A DNA stretch of 58,813 nucleotides, counting the filler. It is 3 parts of 3 records of this genome, joined end to end, with 100 filler letters (N's around TTAATTAATTAA, not from the genome) between each part and the next. Parts side by side here need not be neighbours in the genome. Positions count along the whole stretch, not along the records: positions 1 to 27,832 come from DRR378314_327; 2 more parts are not named here. One strand, given 5' to 3'. Below the pieces are notes generated by a model. The model saw only the letters and a program-made list of their open reading frames with translations, was not told the origin of the DNA and did not search any database. Below, piece after piece: positions 1-12,850 of this stretch. Each line of letters begins with the position of its first letter. Positions within the stretch are counted from its first letter, which is position 1. Made by a program: the position numbers and the translations under genes.

Positions 1-16
1 CGAGACGGTAACGAAC

Positions 17-3000
17 CTGGCGCTCGAGTGTCAGGGGTGTGTACCCAGTCATGAGGAAATGGCACCTTGGCGTCGGGATCAGCGAAGCAATCAACCCAAT
101 CATATCGTTGTTCATATAGCCAGGGTAACGCAGAGTCGTCGTAGACGCTGCCATCACCGTCGAAACCAAGCTATTCACCTCCGAGAATGACGGATTCGGA
201 ATGTGCAGGCGGTCCACGGCGATGCGATTCAACGCCGTATTGTCGAGAACCACCTGAGACAGAGCAGAACGAGAGAGAGAGAGGGATACGTGTACAGGAG
301 AAACAAGCTTCAATATTGGCAAGAAACAAGCGCGTGAGTTTTAGCTTTGCACCAACAGAGCCGATCCGGGCACCGTGATTTCCCTGGAACGGCACCACAA
401 CAGACGATGTCTGCCAGGGCGCCCGGTCCGTTGCACAACCATCAGCGCTGCAATGCTCGATCATTCGCCACAACAAAAAAAAACGCACACGCGGTGTGCC
501 ACAAACATCCAAAATAACGCCATATATAGTTGCCAATTCGCATCCGAGGAACGTACCACGCAGTCGGCATTCAGAACAAGGCGCTTGAGAGTCAGCAGCG
601 AGTTATACGGTTGTACTACCACATCCGAGGTCTCCAGCTGGTTCGGGAATACAGAGTACGTCTGCGAATGTCGGCACATGGCAATCATGGGTCAAGATCG
701 CGCACGTTAGTAGCCGTGCAATAGAGGGCGAAAAAAAAACTGTAACGACGATGGAAAACACCGAAACAATAGGCGAAACAAAACCAAACGCAATTCCTCA
801 GCACGATACCCCCAGTACCAGGCAAGGGCCAACTGGCGCCAAAACTCGCACACCAGAGCTATTCGCCCGCGACAAAGCGCACACGCGGTCGCCATAACCA
901 GCTGTTTGTCACGACATAGTGTAATACAAGGGCGACACCAATCACAATCCGCATGCCAAATACGTGCACGGAATCATCAACATCACCCTCCTGTGCTCCT
1001 CTACCAAACAAAAGGGGACACACTACCACAACCGAACGGTCCATCGGCACGCAGGCAAGCTGCACCGCACGTTGCATACCTGGATAAGTTTCTTCGGGTA
1101 CCGATCGTTCAGGCGCTCGAGGAGGAACGAGCCCATTCCCGACCCTGTTCCACCGGCGATCGAATGGCACAGTACGAAGCCCTGGAAAAAAAAAGGACAA
1201 ACGGGCAGCACCCCCGCGGAACGACAGCTTATCAGCCAGCCATTTCAACAAGCCGCTTATCTCGCGGCGCTCGAAAAAAAAATGATGACAAGCGTACAGC
1301 ACACGCGCGCAATGTGCGTATCAAAATTTTACATGGAATCACAACCCGATACCAAGAAGCAGCGCAGAGTGGGCACGAGTCCGTGCGAATCCAAGCAAGT
1401 CGGTAGAAGCATTCACGGAAACGCGTTCGCTCTATGCACCGTGTCATTTCGCGCTGTCCGTCGCACGATAAGAGCAAGTCAGATCTACAAGTTCGCGCCT
1501 AGTGCCATTGCCACAGCAGAACTACAGCCCGGCACCGCAACTGCAAAGGCATGAACCTCGGGTGGTGCTCGATGCAATGCACCCACCTCCAGGCTGTCGG
1601 AGCCATCCGCTTCGCGATCGACCATTTCCATAATGTCCTCGTACACACGCTCTCCCTGCGAGAACCCAGAGGCCCAGTTGTTACCGGCGCCAGTCCCTTC
1701 GTTGCTGACGAAAACGTTCTCGGGGTTGTACAGGTTTCGATACTCGGACGTCTGGATAGAGCTAATCACCTGCACGCCGTCGCACCAGCCCCACCCAACA
1801 AGGAAAAAAATACACCGCGCATGCATGAACCATCATCTACTATCAGAAAAGGAAATACAGGCATGGACGTAGACGTCGAAAGAAAAAAATTTCCAGGTGC
1901 ATACACAGGAATCCGCAACACCCTGCCTCTGAGCAAAATGCACAAGCACGTCGGGCCATTAGCGGCGCAACTATACGCTGGAGAATACCAATCGCACCCC
2001 AGTTGCGGTAACCAACGCCAACAAGGAGGCCTAGCACTTAATTGCCGCGTATTTGTTCTGACAACCATGTCCGAGGTATGACGACGACACGTTGGCAACA
2101 AAGATGCGGCAGGACCAGCTGCCAGCGCCGCCTTTCTCACATGCGAACGCAGGCCACCAGCCGAGCCAAGGTGAGCCGTGCAGCAGAGGAAAACAGAAAC
2201 ATGAACCGTACCCGCGGTTCAAGATCGAGCAGGATAGCGCGAGGAATGTAGTGCTCGTCGTCCGCCTGGAACAAAGCGCCAAAGGAATGAGAATCGAGAA
2301 ATCAGCGCGAAGCAGCACGTTTGAGGCGCGCTATACCGACATGGCCGCCGTTCCCGCCAAGCACATCCTCGTAGCGCTTCCGCTGCAGCTGATCTGCACC
2401 GCCTGGCTACCATCCCCTCCCCGGCAACGAAACAAGCAACCCGACACGCAAGCAATACAATGGAACACAATGCACAATGCGCGATGGAGAAAGAGATAAA
2501 CGTAGTGCCTCGAAGCTGCCCGGCGCTCCGACTTACACGGATGAGCCGTGCTTGCCCCACGGAGACTCTCCCGCGTCTTTGCTGCGCGGCCGCCAAGCTT
2601 GCCGTATGGATAACCACGGCATACCTGGTAGAAGAACACGTCCTTGCGATCCGTCCCCTGCGTCGCCCATTCTTCGATGATCCCGTCTGAAGAAATTCCA
2701 TGCTCGGCGCAGAGCTTCTTCCAGAATTCAGTCCCAACTGCAACAAACCAGGATGGCATATGCCACAAGACGGGTGAGGAGGTGCGCGCGCGAGCTAAAC
2801 GAGCGCTTCAAGGGGTGTGCGCCGCAGCGCGCTCGTTCGCGCGCACAGCGCTCCGCGAGACGGACGCGCCGGGCGCCCGCGCCATGTCGCCCCCGCGCGC
2901 GACGCGTCACGCGCCAGACGCTACTCACTGCACACCGGCCGCGCAGGGAGAAGATCAAAGAGACAGCAGATGTCCAACCGTGTGCCAGTTTATGCGCGAT

Positions 3001-3482
3001 ATCTTCGAACCACGTATTCATCTGCCCCCTGTCTTTCCTTAGTCAGCAGAAGCAGTGCTAAACACGCCGCAGAGCAGCAGCGTAGCAGCAGGGCGGACAA
3101 GAGCAGGCGTTTCCTTTTGGCGCGAACGCAGCGATGCGATACGCCGAGGAGCCCGCAGACGCGCGCGACTCCCAACGCGCACGAACGAGCTCTGAATGAG
3201 CGTTATGCCGTTGACATCGCGTAACCATCTACAACTATGTTGATATATACAAGATTTGGATGCTAATGGGCGTGAGAGTGCGCCAGCGCACACGAAGGAG
3301 CGCGCTGGGTTTCCTTGCACGACCACGCGGAGGAGCAAACGCAGAGCGTGGTGGTGCAGTGTTGCGCGCCGTGCGTATCGCGAGTATCGCCTTCCCGCCA
3401 AACAACGCGCTAGTCGCCAACGATGGAACGTACTCTGATTTCCGCACTGCCCAACCTGCATGGTGATAATTTCACGCGGCAT
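17..3482 (-). CDS. TUBG1: Gamma-tubulin, spliced, 3' partial. Exons 3482-3434, 2737-2625, 2265-2212, 1769-1587, 1181-1080, 661-557, 253-17
   Basis: Joined exons read in frame: [22 protein letters not shown]...[28 protein letters not shown]...GAGNNWASG...GGTGSGMG...[17 protein letters not shown]...[10 protein letters not shown]. All junctions are GT..AG with matching phase. Confidence 0.97.
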
Positions 3483-4904
3483 TGTGGTACAATCTTTGTA
3501 TTATTACCCGGTTACCACGCGACGGTTCGACGGTTTCGGAGCTACTGCTGAGCGTCGCACGCTGAACCAAGGCACACGCGTTTCGCGCTCTGCGCGCGCG
3601 CGCCCTCCTCGACAAGCGTACAAGGCGGCGCGTGTGCTCCACGGCCACCTCTAACCCTAATTGGCGGTTTCGCTGCGCCTTGCGGGTCAGCCACCTTTCC
3701 CCGTCCGCTGTGCTCCTGGCCAGCACCTTCGCACGCTCACCCGCTGTATCACCGAGAAAAGGGCGTGAGAGCCTTGCGTACTGTGCACTTCGTCGGTCTT
3801 GTTCTGGAAACAGCGTACACTAACGTCATCGCGATACAGATGCAGGTAGCAGCACACCAGCCTCCCATCCTCTGGAACCCAGCTTTGCCGCGGGGAAATC
3901 GCACCTAGGCACGCACCGATGACACCCGCTCCTTCGCAGAGAGATATGGGAAACTACAAACTTTAGCACAGTGAGACTGAGGATGTCCACCGCGTATATC
4001 GGTTAGGACAGTCACAGGCAGCCACAGGTGGGTGGCTTGTCCCGCATTCCTCGCACGGATGCTTGCCGGCCTCCTCTGGCTCGAGCTTTGCGCGACCGAG
4101 CGTAACGGCATTCGCTCTGGTGGCAACACAGCTTTTCGCAGCAATTCGGCAGGCACGACAAGCGCCACGAGCGGCACCGTCGCCAAATGACAATATAGAG
4201 ACACGAGGTATGAGTGTTTATACGGCGAAAATGAGGCAGATAGGAACGGATGGCTACAAAAGACCCTCATTTATCTGCACAGAACAAAATACGTTTCCTT
4301 AAGCACAGCCGCTGATCTTGAGCGCTACCGTCGCCGCGTCCGCTCTAGATCACGCAATCGAAGGCTACTATGCGTGCTTTTGTCAGGAGATACTGCCGCG
4401 ACCAAACCACTCGACCGTCGCATTGCTGTGTCTATATCGGACAAAGGAACACCAGAGGATAACTCGCGCAGATCCCTGCGCAGAGCAATACGAGCACGAG
4501 TTTGCATGTGCGCAAGCAAATGGGAGGTAAGGAATCACGGGGCGCACACGGAACAACTGCAAAATCCTCTTGCGCGACGCAACCTCCTGAAAAACAAACA
4601 GAGTGTTTATGCCGTTTTAGATCCATCGAAGCATGCGCTGCTACAATAACCGCTTCTCCCCGGCAACGTACGCGAGAAGCTGTCCGTTCACAGCGGAGAG
4701 AGCCATCACCTGCCGGTTGGTATCCTCTTGCATTCGAGCGCTGACTGCCAGCTCCTGTCCGTATTCGTTAGTCGCACGTGCACACGACCATGTGAGATTC
4801 CTTTAGAGAGATGTGCTGGTGGTAGGAGTATAATGGAGCGATATCCCACGGGTCTGCACCGACGCTTTGCCGTACTGGATGCAAATGCGGGGCGCGAAAC
4901 GTAC

Positions 4905-7900
4905 CGCTTCAAGCTCCTCGCGCAGTGCGCTCGTCTCCGACAGACTTCCCTTGATTTTACTCAACTCCTCTTCTAAGCTAATGCACCTAGAGCAAAACCA
5001 TAAGCAGGCACGAAGAGGGGGGGCAATAGTAGCCCGGAATAATTGCCATGCAAGTAAACATTTCAGAGGGTCCTGTACGAGGCGACATGCAGAGACACGT
5101 GCTTGCCGCAATCGCGCACAAGGCAAAGTAACCAACACGCAGAAAACGGGGCAGTGCTTTTGTTCGCGGTTTGTTGAGCGCGCCCATTATTTCCCTCCCG
5201 CTCAGCACTCGCAGCGCATACACTGCACGCACAACAAAGCACGGTGAAATCGGCTTGTAACGAGCATCTCAATAAATAGAAGAAGGCGGCCCTACAACCA
5301 GGGTCTCTTGAAGCGCTCGCAACCATCCGTACCTGGCCTTGGACGCGGTGAGCTCGGTAGCCAGCTGGTCGCCGCGCGCCTTGTTTGCTCTCTCTGTCAC
5401 ACGAACGTCGATGAGCTCGCGTTGCAGCTGCTCCACAGCATCTTGCAGACGTACAGACTCGGATCTCAACTGACGCAGCTCGCGGGTGGCACCTTCTGCT
5501 TGCTCAAGAGCGCGCGCGCGCTCGCTCTCCGAAGCTTCCAGCCGTCTCGCATGCTCCTCTTGGACTTTCGCGGTCTGGATCTTGGCATTGTGCAGTTTTT
5601 GGTTGGCTAGGTCTCGCTCGCGCAGCAGCGCAGAAAGCTGATGTTGCACGGCTTCCTCGTCTGTTGTCCGCTCAGACCACTTGCGTTTCAGCTGCTCCAG
5701 CTCTCGCCGGGTATCTGACGCCTCCTGCTGTACAAGGGCAAGCCGCGAGCTTGCCCTTTCAGCCTCGGCAGACACGCGCGCACGCGACTCTTCCTCAATA
5801 TGTGCGCGTGCAGATCTCTCCCTCTCAAGAGCAGAACTGCACGCTGTGAGCTGCTGCTCCTGTTTTGCGCACTCTTGCACTGCGGTAGCCCATTTCTGCT
5901 GCACGTCATCGACGGCGTTGATTGCCTCGAGTGCCTTTGCCTGTAGCAGACATATCGAAGGGGCCTGGAACGCATCCAAAGCTGCAGGGAACTTGCGCAA
6001 TAGCTCTCGAAGTCCGCGCTGAAGACAAGCAGCAAGCGAATTACCGTCGTTTGCGTGGGAGTACACCCGCGCGTCCTCCTGCTGAGCAAGCCGTGATAGC
6101 ACATAGTCGCGGATGCGTGGAAGGAAGCCGGCCAGAGCTGGGCGCTCTTCGTTTTCGCGACACGATACAGCGTAGATATCATTTGCAGAAACGAAAATGC
6201 GAAAAGTAGTATCATGTTGCTGAGATGATTGGCAGCCCGAGGTCGTCCGGGTACCGGCAGCTCTCCCTGCCATTCGACTACACGCAACAACTGCAATGGC
6301 CGCACTTCGCCAGCGGAGAAGGGCCCTGCCCGCACTGTCAGAACGCCGACTGCGTTGCGTGCTGGCGCGGATAGATCCGGAAAGCGGAGCAAGGGCACTA
6401 TCAGCAATCGCCCTCATACTCCGCCTGGCAATCGCCTCGATACGGATCGCAGCTCTTTTCTGTCTCGCAAGAAGCACAGCGCGGAGTGCAAGAGCTTCCG
6501 TAAAAGCGATCCACTCGTCTTCGCGCTTTGCGAACGCGGCAGCGACACTAGCCCGGCTCTCCGCCACCTGCTGCCGCGCAAGTTGCTCCACTGCCACAAC
6601 ATGTTCTTGGGACTGTGCCAAGACCCGCTGCAGTTGCTCGATAGAACTCAATTGGCTCTGCTCTAACTCTGAAGCCGCACTCTCGACTTCGCCTTCGAGA
6701 TCAGTAATGCGGTTGCGCGAGGTCTCCAGTAACGAATGGCATTCGGCAAGCTCTTCTCTCAGGGCTCGAGCTGCATCTTCGGCGCGCCTGGCGTCTCGCG
6801 ACAGATTGTGAACGATGTGTTGTACATCGCTTTGTCGTGAAACAGCGCGACGCAGTTGCTGTGATATACGACCAAAGACCTCGGTACAGCAGGACACAAC
6901 ATCGTCTAATTTCGACGGACATTCTTCCGTCGGCGAACAAAGCTCTGCAGCGCTCATGCCAGACCACAGTGCGCGTGCAGCGCGGATCGCCGCATTCTGC
7001 GCTGCTGTGCACGCTTCCTGCTTTTCCTCCACGAGGCGTCTGAGATTTTTCACCTCATCCTGTGCTTCGACAAAACTCTGCTTGTGCATAGCACATAGCT
7101 TCTCGGCCCGAGTACAACTCATGTGAATGTCGCGAGTAGAGTTTTCGCAAGCCGAGAGCGAATCTTGCAATTCGTTGCACTGCCTTCGAAGACGCGACAC
7201 ATCCTGCCTACTGTGCTCGAGATCTTGCTCGGCATTTTCACGTGCAGCCTCCGCCTCCGCAGTCTTGGAATGCTCACGCTCAAGGTTTTCTCGAAGTGAA
7301 GATACCTGTCGTCTCAGACCATCTGTTTCCGCCTCGGCAGCAACCTTTGCGCGTGTCACGTCAGAGCACTCGGCTTTGGCAGCGGAAAGTGCCTTGTTAG
7401 CGTCTTCAAGGCGTTCGGAAAGTTCTCGTGAGCGCACCTGAAGCTTGCTGTGTTCTTCGTACAGCACTGTAAATCTACTCGTAACGTCGTTGTGTTTTGT
7501 TTGCAGCGTGATCAAATCGCGCTCGCTGCCTGCAAGTCTTTCTTGGCACGCAGAGATTTCACTTTGTAGAGCCGAACGGTCCGCATCGCCCGCGGCCGCA
7601 GCGGCTTCAAGTTCGTGCACCTTTCGTTCAAGGTCCTCTTTTGCTGCAAGAGCTTTTTCCACACGCTTGTGCTCATCTTTGTGAGCTTTCGCAAACTCAT
7701 TTTTCATCCTCAACGACGATGCCCCGAAATCGTCGAGTTTCTTTCTCGCAACAGCAAGCCCGCTTGTTGCTGCATCAAGTCGCTCCTGCAGGCGCCGACT
7801 TGCGCGCACGGCCTCGTCTCGTTCGATACGCGCCTCGCCCAGCGCAACTGCCTGATCTCGCAGATTCTTACCTGCAATGTCTAGTTCCATCCGTAATTTT

Positions 7901-8523
7901 GCTTTTTCCTCTGCGTGGTCTTGTTCCGTTTGTGATACATTGGCCTGTAGCGCCTCAAAGGCGCGCTGCAGGCGAGCCAGAGAGCGGTTTTGCGCAACGC
8001 CACGAGCGCGCTCTCGCTCCAGCTGTTGAAAAAGGGACGCCCTGGCAAGCTCTGTCTCCTGGGAAGACTGTAAGCCTGCGTTCATCACAGTGGCAGTGTT
8101 ATTTTTCCTCGCGTGATACTCCACATGGCCATTGCTGTCTGACTCAGGAAGAGCAGAGTGGGAGCGAAATGCGTGGCGCGCAGAACCGCCCTGTTGGACC
8201 AAGACTACGTCGTCATCCTCAGTCTCTTCTTCAGACGTGTCTGTGGTCCCGCTCGCGCCATCCCACAGAGCGCTATTGCTCCCGTGCAGAGAAACGGTGA
8301 AGCTTTGCTGGGTATCTTCAGAGCGGCTTCGTCGTAAAAGGTGCTTCGTTTGCAATTGAGAAGGCTGCACGCTTTTCGCAGGCGGCGATGTACTTGGGTC
8401 GTTTGTTAAACGATGTCCCTCACTTCCCTGCATCGGTCCGCTCCCACCCATTGCAGCAGAGCCGTTCTGAGAGACAAAAGCGACAAAGGAATCGATGGTC
8501 TCATTTTCACTTCCGTTTTCCAT
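4905..8523 (-). CDS. Large coiled-coil protein, CCDC171-like. Exon 8523-5333, exon 4986-4905, probable further exons from 4586 to about 4325
   Basis: 1084-aa ORF rich in heptad E/L/Q/R/A. Donor AG|GTACGG at 5333 joins acceptor TAG|G at 4986 in frame (KAR-CISLEEELSKIK). Motifs LAVARK and LLRWRSAAIAVVACSRM recall CCDC171 and PACT-type motifs. Confidence 0.7.
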
Positions 8524-10365
8524 GAAGTGTAAAAAGAACTCCGATTACGTGTAAAAAGGGGAGAGTAACCGCACAGTGAAGGACCACGGCACGAGTCAGA
8601 TCCCAGACCCATGAAGCAAAAAAGAAAAAGTCGCTTCGCTGTTGCTTCGTTTTCACCAAGCGCAGCCCTTTGGACTAAAGTGCTGAAAATGCGACAGGCG
8701 ATGAATGCGGTTAAAAAAAGCACGCGTTTTACGTCTTTTTCTACGAGCAGGCAACACGAACTCTGTTCGAATGATAATTTCGATGTGCGTCCGAGTTAAA
8801 GCCGGTAAACGGGACAGGCCAGGAACAAGAGCTGACGCGCTCGAGCCACCCACAATTTGACACAGAGGAACGGAACAGAGCCGTCAGGAACTAGTAAGCT
8901 AGGGCATCGAAGATGTGCGTGCCACCGGCGTGCCACACAGCAGTTCACAGGTGGCTCGGACACTCCGTTCCTATCGTATGCACGGCAAAAAGGAAAGGCC
9001 CACAGTCATCATGCTTAGAATCCTTCTTGCGACCTTGTAAATATGGTTTTATGTCTATGAATTGTTGGCTTATCGACGAGGAAGACTCTGAATTGCCGAC
9101 GCGAAAAACGTGGGAATCGCTCGCACATCGAGTAAGCTTCATCCGAGAAAGGGGACGCTCGGAGCAAATGCGTGTGAAGTGTTGCATTTTAACACAAGCG
9201 GTACGACTAGCGTAAGACGATTTTCCAGAGAGGAGCGGGCATGTTTGTCGCACGCCTGTCGAGGGGTGCTTTCTGGCCACCTCCAGAACAAAGAAGCACG
9301 CGCAAACACGCAACGCTCTCCCACTCCTGCGCAACCTGTCCGTATTGCTACAGCAACACATCATGCGATCATCTACCGCCATATTTCAGTGGACAAGATA
9401 CTTTCATATGGTCACGCGCATGGCCATCGCAAAAGCGCCCGCCTGATATGACAAGGGTGTCACATCTTTGCACGGCCGTCCCGAAGAGAACCCACGTGCG
9501 CTACGTTGCCCTCAAGAGGAAGCAGTTCCTTCGAGGCCAGCTTCTGCTTCTTCAGTGCGCCGCAATCCCTGCCCGCGATAGGACACGTCCTTCGGACCGA
9601 TGCCAAGTATTGGATGATACTCAATATTTCTTGCTGCAGATGAAATTTCGCTTTTCTTCGACATCCTCGTACGGGCAAAGTAAGCCAGGATGGCCTTCTT
9701 CATTGTCTCTTTGCCTTGCGTTCTACGGTAACACAAATGATCTGAAGCCGCTAGGAACAATTCTCTCGCCTGACGACGGAGAGCCGGGAAAAGGAGGACA
9801 GCACCACCTCTGCTCTGTTGTTTCCGCGCGACTGGGCGTGCAAGCCCATGTCGACGTCACGCTATATGAGCGCTACGGTGCTGGTCACGAGAAGTCTGCA
9901 AAGAGGTCGGGCGGACGGTGCGAAACGGAGGGCCACGCACACGGCTGGCAGGGCGAGGGCGTGTGGGGTGAAATACACACTGCAGCCCTACTTCGCACGT
10001 GCTCTGCCTGGGTCACTTTCCCTGGCAAAGCTCGCAGGGCAAATGTGGCACTGGTGCATGCACTTTGCTGCCGCCCCGCACACCACGTCACGCTGACGTC
10101 CGCAAAGGCGGATGCACAGCGCCCCGGCCACAGCTGGCGCAGTGCGTCGCCCGCGCGGGGCCTGATAAGTTTTTTCCTTCCGCCCCTCAAGGCCGCTTCG
10201 TTTCCCCTCTGCAGCTCCGCCTTTCCCAGCAGAGTCGCCGTGCTCGAGTGGATTTGCAGCGCTCTCCTACATTAAAAAAGAGCAGATAAAAACTCAAATA
10301 GGACACATTTGATCCTTCCGCCCCGAAACCAGCGATATCCTTGAGTTTCCGAAAGAAAAGAAAAA

Positions 10366-11823
10366 ATGATGCAGCGCATTGCGTTTGTGGCCGCCGTCAT
10401 GGCGTTGCTCGTATCGGCTCGCGCCTCTGTGGAGCTTTCGCCCGACAATTTTGATGACTTTATCAGCTCGAGCCCCATCACGTTTGTGAAATTCTATGCA
10501 CCCTGGTGTGGTCACTGCAAGAGCTTAGCTCCTGTCTGGGACGAACTTGCTACAAAAGTGGAGGCAGCCGGCCTCAAAGCCACGATCGCAAAGGTCGATG
10601 CGGACAAGCACAACAGCCTGGGCCAGCGCTTTGGCGTTCAGGGCTTCCCGACGCTCAAGCTATTCTTCGCCGAGGGCTCCGACCCGGCGGACTACCAGGG
10701 CCCACGCGATCTCGAGGCCTTGTTCCAGTTTGTTCAGAAAAATAGCGAGCTCCCTGATCCGGTCAACGATGCTGCGGAAATCGAAGCTTTCACAGCACGC
10801 GCGCCTTCGAGCGTCGTCCTGTTTGCGGAAGAGGGGACGGCAGAGACCGCTTTCAAGTCGGTCTTCCGTGGCTTGAATGTCCCTGCGATTTTCTCGACCA
10901 GCGCCGAGGTTGCGGAGTCGTTCGGTGCCTCATTGGGACAGACAGTCGTTTTCTTTGACAAGAACCAATTTCTGCAAAGCAAAGTTACTGTGTCGTCTAC
11001 CGATGTGAAAGAAATCCAAAAGGTCATCAGTGAGAATGCCCCGCTGTTCGGGCGTATCGGCGGTGAGACTCCGGATCCGGCAGTGGCAGATCTGTTCGGC
11101 AAGCAGCCAGCTGAGGGCAAATTCACCTACGTGGTACTCCTTTTGTTCAGCGATAACGAGGAAGGTTTCAAAAACTTCCGCGACGCCTCTATTGCGTATG
11201 CAGGAAAAGAAGATGGCAACGTGTACACGTTCATCGCACTCGAGAACACACAGATGTCAAACGATATCATCAAGAACAACTTTGGTGTCGACGGCTTGAC
11301 CTCTGGCGTTATTGTCGACAGAATGGAGAAAGACTCTGCCCCGACCCACTTTGTTGCACGCGATGAGACAAATGTTGGTGATTTCATTTCCCGTGTTATC
11401 GATGGTAAAGTAGAAGCATACTACAAGTCGCAAACTGATGTTGACGACTTTGACGGAGATGTTCGCGTGGTCACTGGAAACAACTTCGATGAAATTGTCC
11501 TGGACGAGAACACGCACGTGCTGCTGGAAGTCTATGCCCCCTGGTGCGGACACTGCAAGTCGCTCGAGCCGAAGTATGCCAAGGTTGCAACCGCAATGAA
11601 GAAGTTTGACAACATCGTTATTGCAAAGATTGATGGAACGGCCAACGAGGCAGCAAACATGCCCGCGGTCAAGGGATTCCCCTCCATCTTCTTGTACAAA
11701 AAGGGAGAAAAGGGAACACCAATCACTTTCGACGGAAAGCGCACATCTCGCGCAATCACCAAGTTCATTCTCAAAGAAACTGGTGTCCGTGCCGCCTCTG
11801 GTAGCGAGAAGGAAGAACTTTAA
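10366..11823 (+). CDS. PDI: Protein disulfide isomerase (ER), intronless
   Basis: N-terminal signal peptide, two thioredoxin domains (FYAPWCGHCK, VYAPWCGHCK), C-terminal KEEL ER-retention signal. Confidence 0.96.
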   Translation: MMQRIAFVAAVMALLVSARASVELSPDNFDDFISSSPITFVKFYAPWCGHCKSLAPVWDELATKVEAAGLKATIAKVDADKHNSLGQRFGVQGFPTLKLFFAEGSDPADYQGPRDLEALFQFVQKNSELPDPVNDAAEIEAFTARAPSSVVLFAEEGTAETAFKSVFRGLNVPAIFSTSAEVAESFGASLGQTVVFFDKNQFLQSKVTVSSTDVKEIQKVISENAPLFGRIGGETPDPAVADLFGKQPAEGKFTYVVLLLFSDNEEGFKNFRDASIAYAGKEDGNVYTFIALENTQMSNDIIKNNFGVDGLTSGVIVDRMEKDSAPTHFVARDETNVGDFISRVIDGKVEAYYKSQTDVDDFDGDVRVVTGNNFDEIVLDENTHVLLEVYAPWCGHCKSLEPKYAKVATAMKKFDNIVIAKIDGTANEAANMPAVKGFPSIFLYKKGEKGTPITFDGKRTSRAITKFILKETGVRAASGSEKEEL

Positions 11824-12850
11824 GTCAGCCGCTCCACCTTTTCGATCGAATGGGGTGAGGTTTCTCGCGGTGAGCTACAATAAATCTCGACATTTATATG
11901 CACCAATCGGATATGGACTCGACTCGCCTGCCGCAAACGATGCCCCATACTTTAATCGTAATGATTCAGGTCTTGGTAGCAGAAACGGCACACGTTTTGT
12001 TCATGACAACGTGCAGTCATATTTGTAAGCAGAAGTGATAGGTTACTCGGGGTGAAGCCCCTCCACAATGAGAAATCCGGTATCGTGATCGAAGAGAAGC
12101 GGCAAGAGTTCGAGCGCTGCTTCCTGTGTGCAGACGGAGCTCCGCCGTTTCCTTCCTCTGTCAATGCAAGAAACAACGACAAACTCTCCATCAAATCAGC
12201 CGGAGCGCGCATAGAGGTAGCGGTAAATCTATATCTCAATACAATCTCTCGAACTCTTACCTACATGGTACATATTTATTGCCTGCATCATTGCCCCTTC
12301 ACAAAATAGCAAGCAGCCGTAGGGGCCCGTGCAATGCCATGGAGTTTCCTTGTGCATAGATGCCACCTGACTCCGAAACCTACTTTCTACCACAAGCTCC
12401 CAATTCATTGCAACTGTATATCGACAGGGGGGTCGTGTCTCCAAACGTTTCTTCTATCGTCAGCGGAAGGACAAGCGAAGGACGCGCCCTGCGGCAGGTA
12501 TTGCTGGCGTCAAGCCTTGGCGGGCTAAGTTGGCGACGTGGCGGCCTGATCGATAACCCCGCGTGCCCAGGACGCAGCTTCAGCGCTCTCATGCTCAAAC
12601 TTGCGCGCCATATTCTTGAGAATGGATCTTCATCCTTATAATGACAAGTAGTGCTACGCTGTAAATGTGATAGAAACAGTAACGGTATCATAATCCTATC
12701 GCACATCGCTGCGAAGACCAGAAAGGAAACGAACGCCTCCGCGCAAGGGTCCTGAAAGTTCGCAGCATACCGATCCCACCCACGCCCCCGATGCTCATAA
12801 GCAGCGAGAAAATAAGATTACTTTCATTTATATACATTCAGGGTTAGCAA

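Noticed and set aside
270..283. (GA)n microsatellite
   Set aside because: On the coding strand it is the polypyrimidine tract of the gamma-tubulin intron acceptor at 254.
3651..3660. CTAACCCTAA, a telomere-like motif upstream of gamma-tubulin
   Set aside because: Fewer than two repeat units; cannot be told from chance without a genome-wide count.
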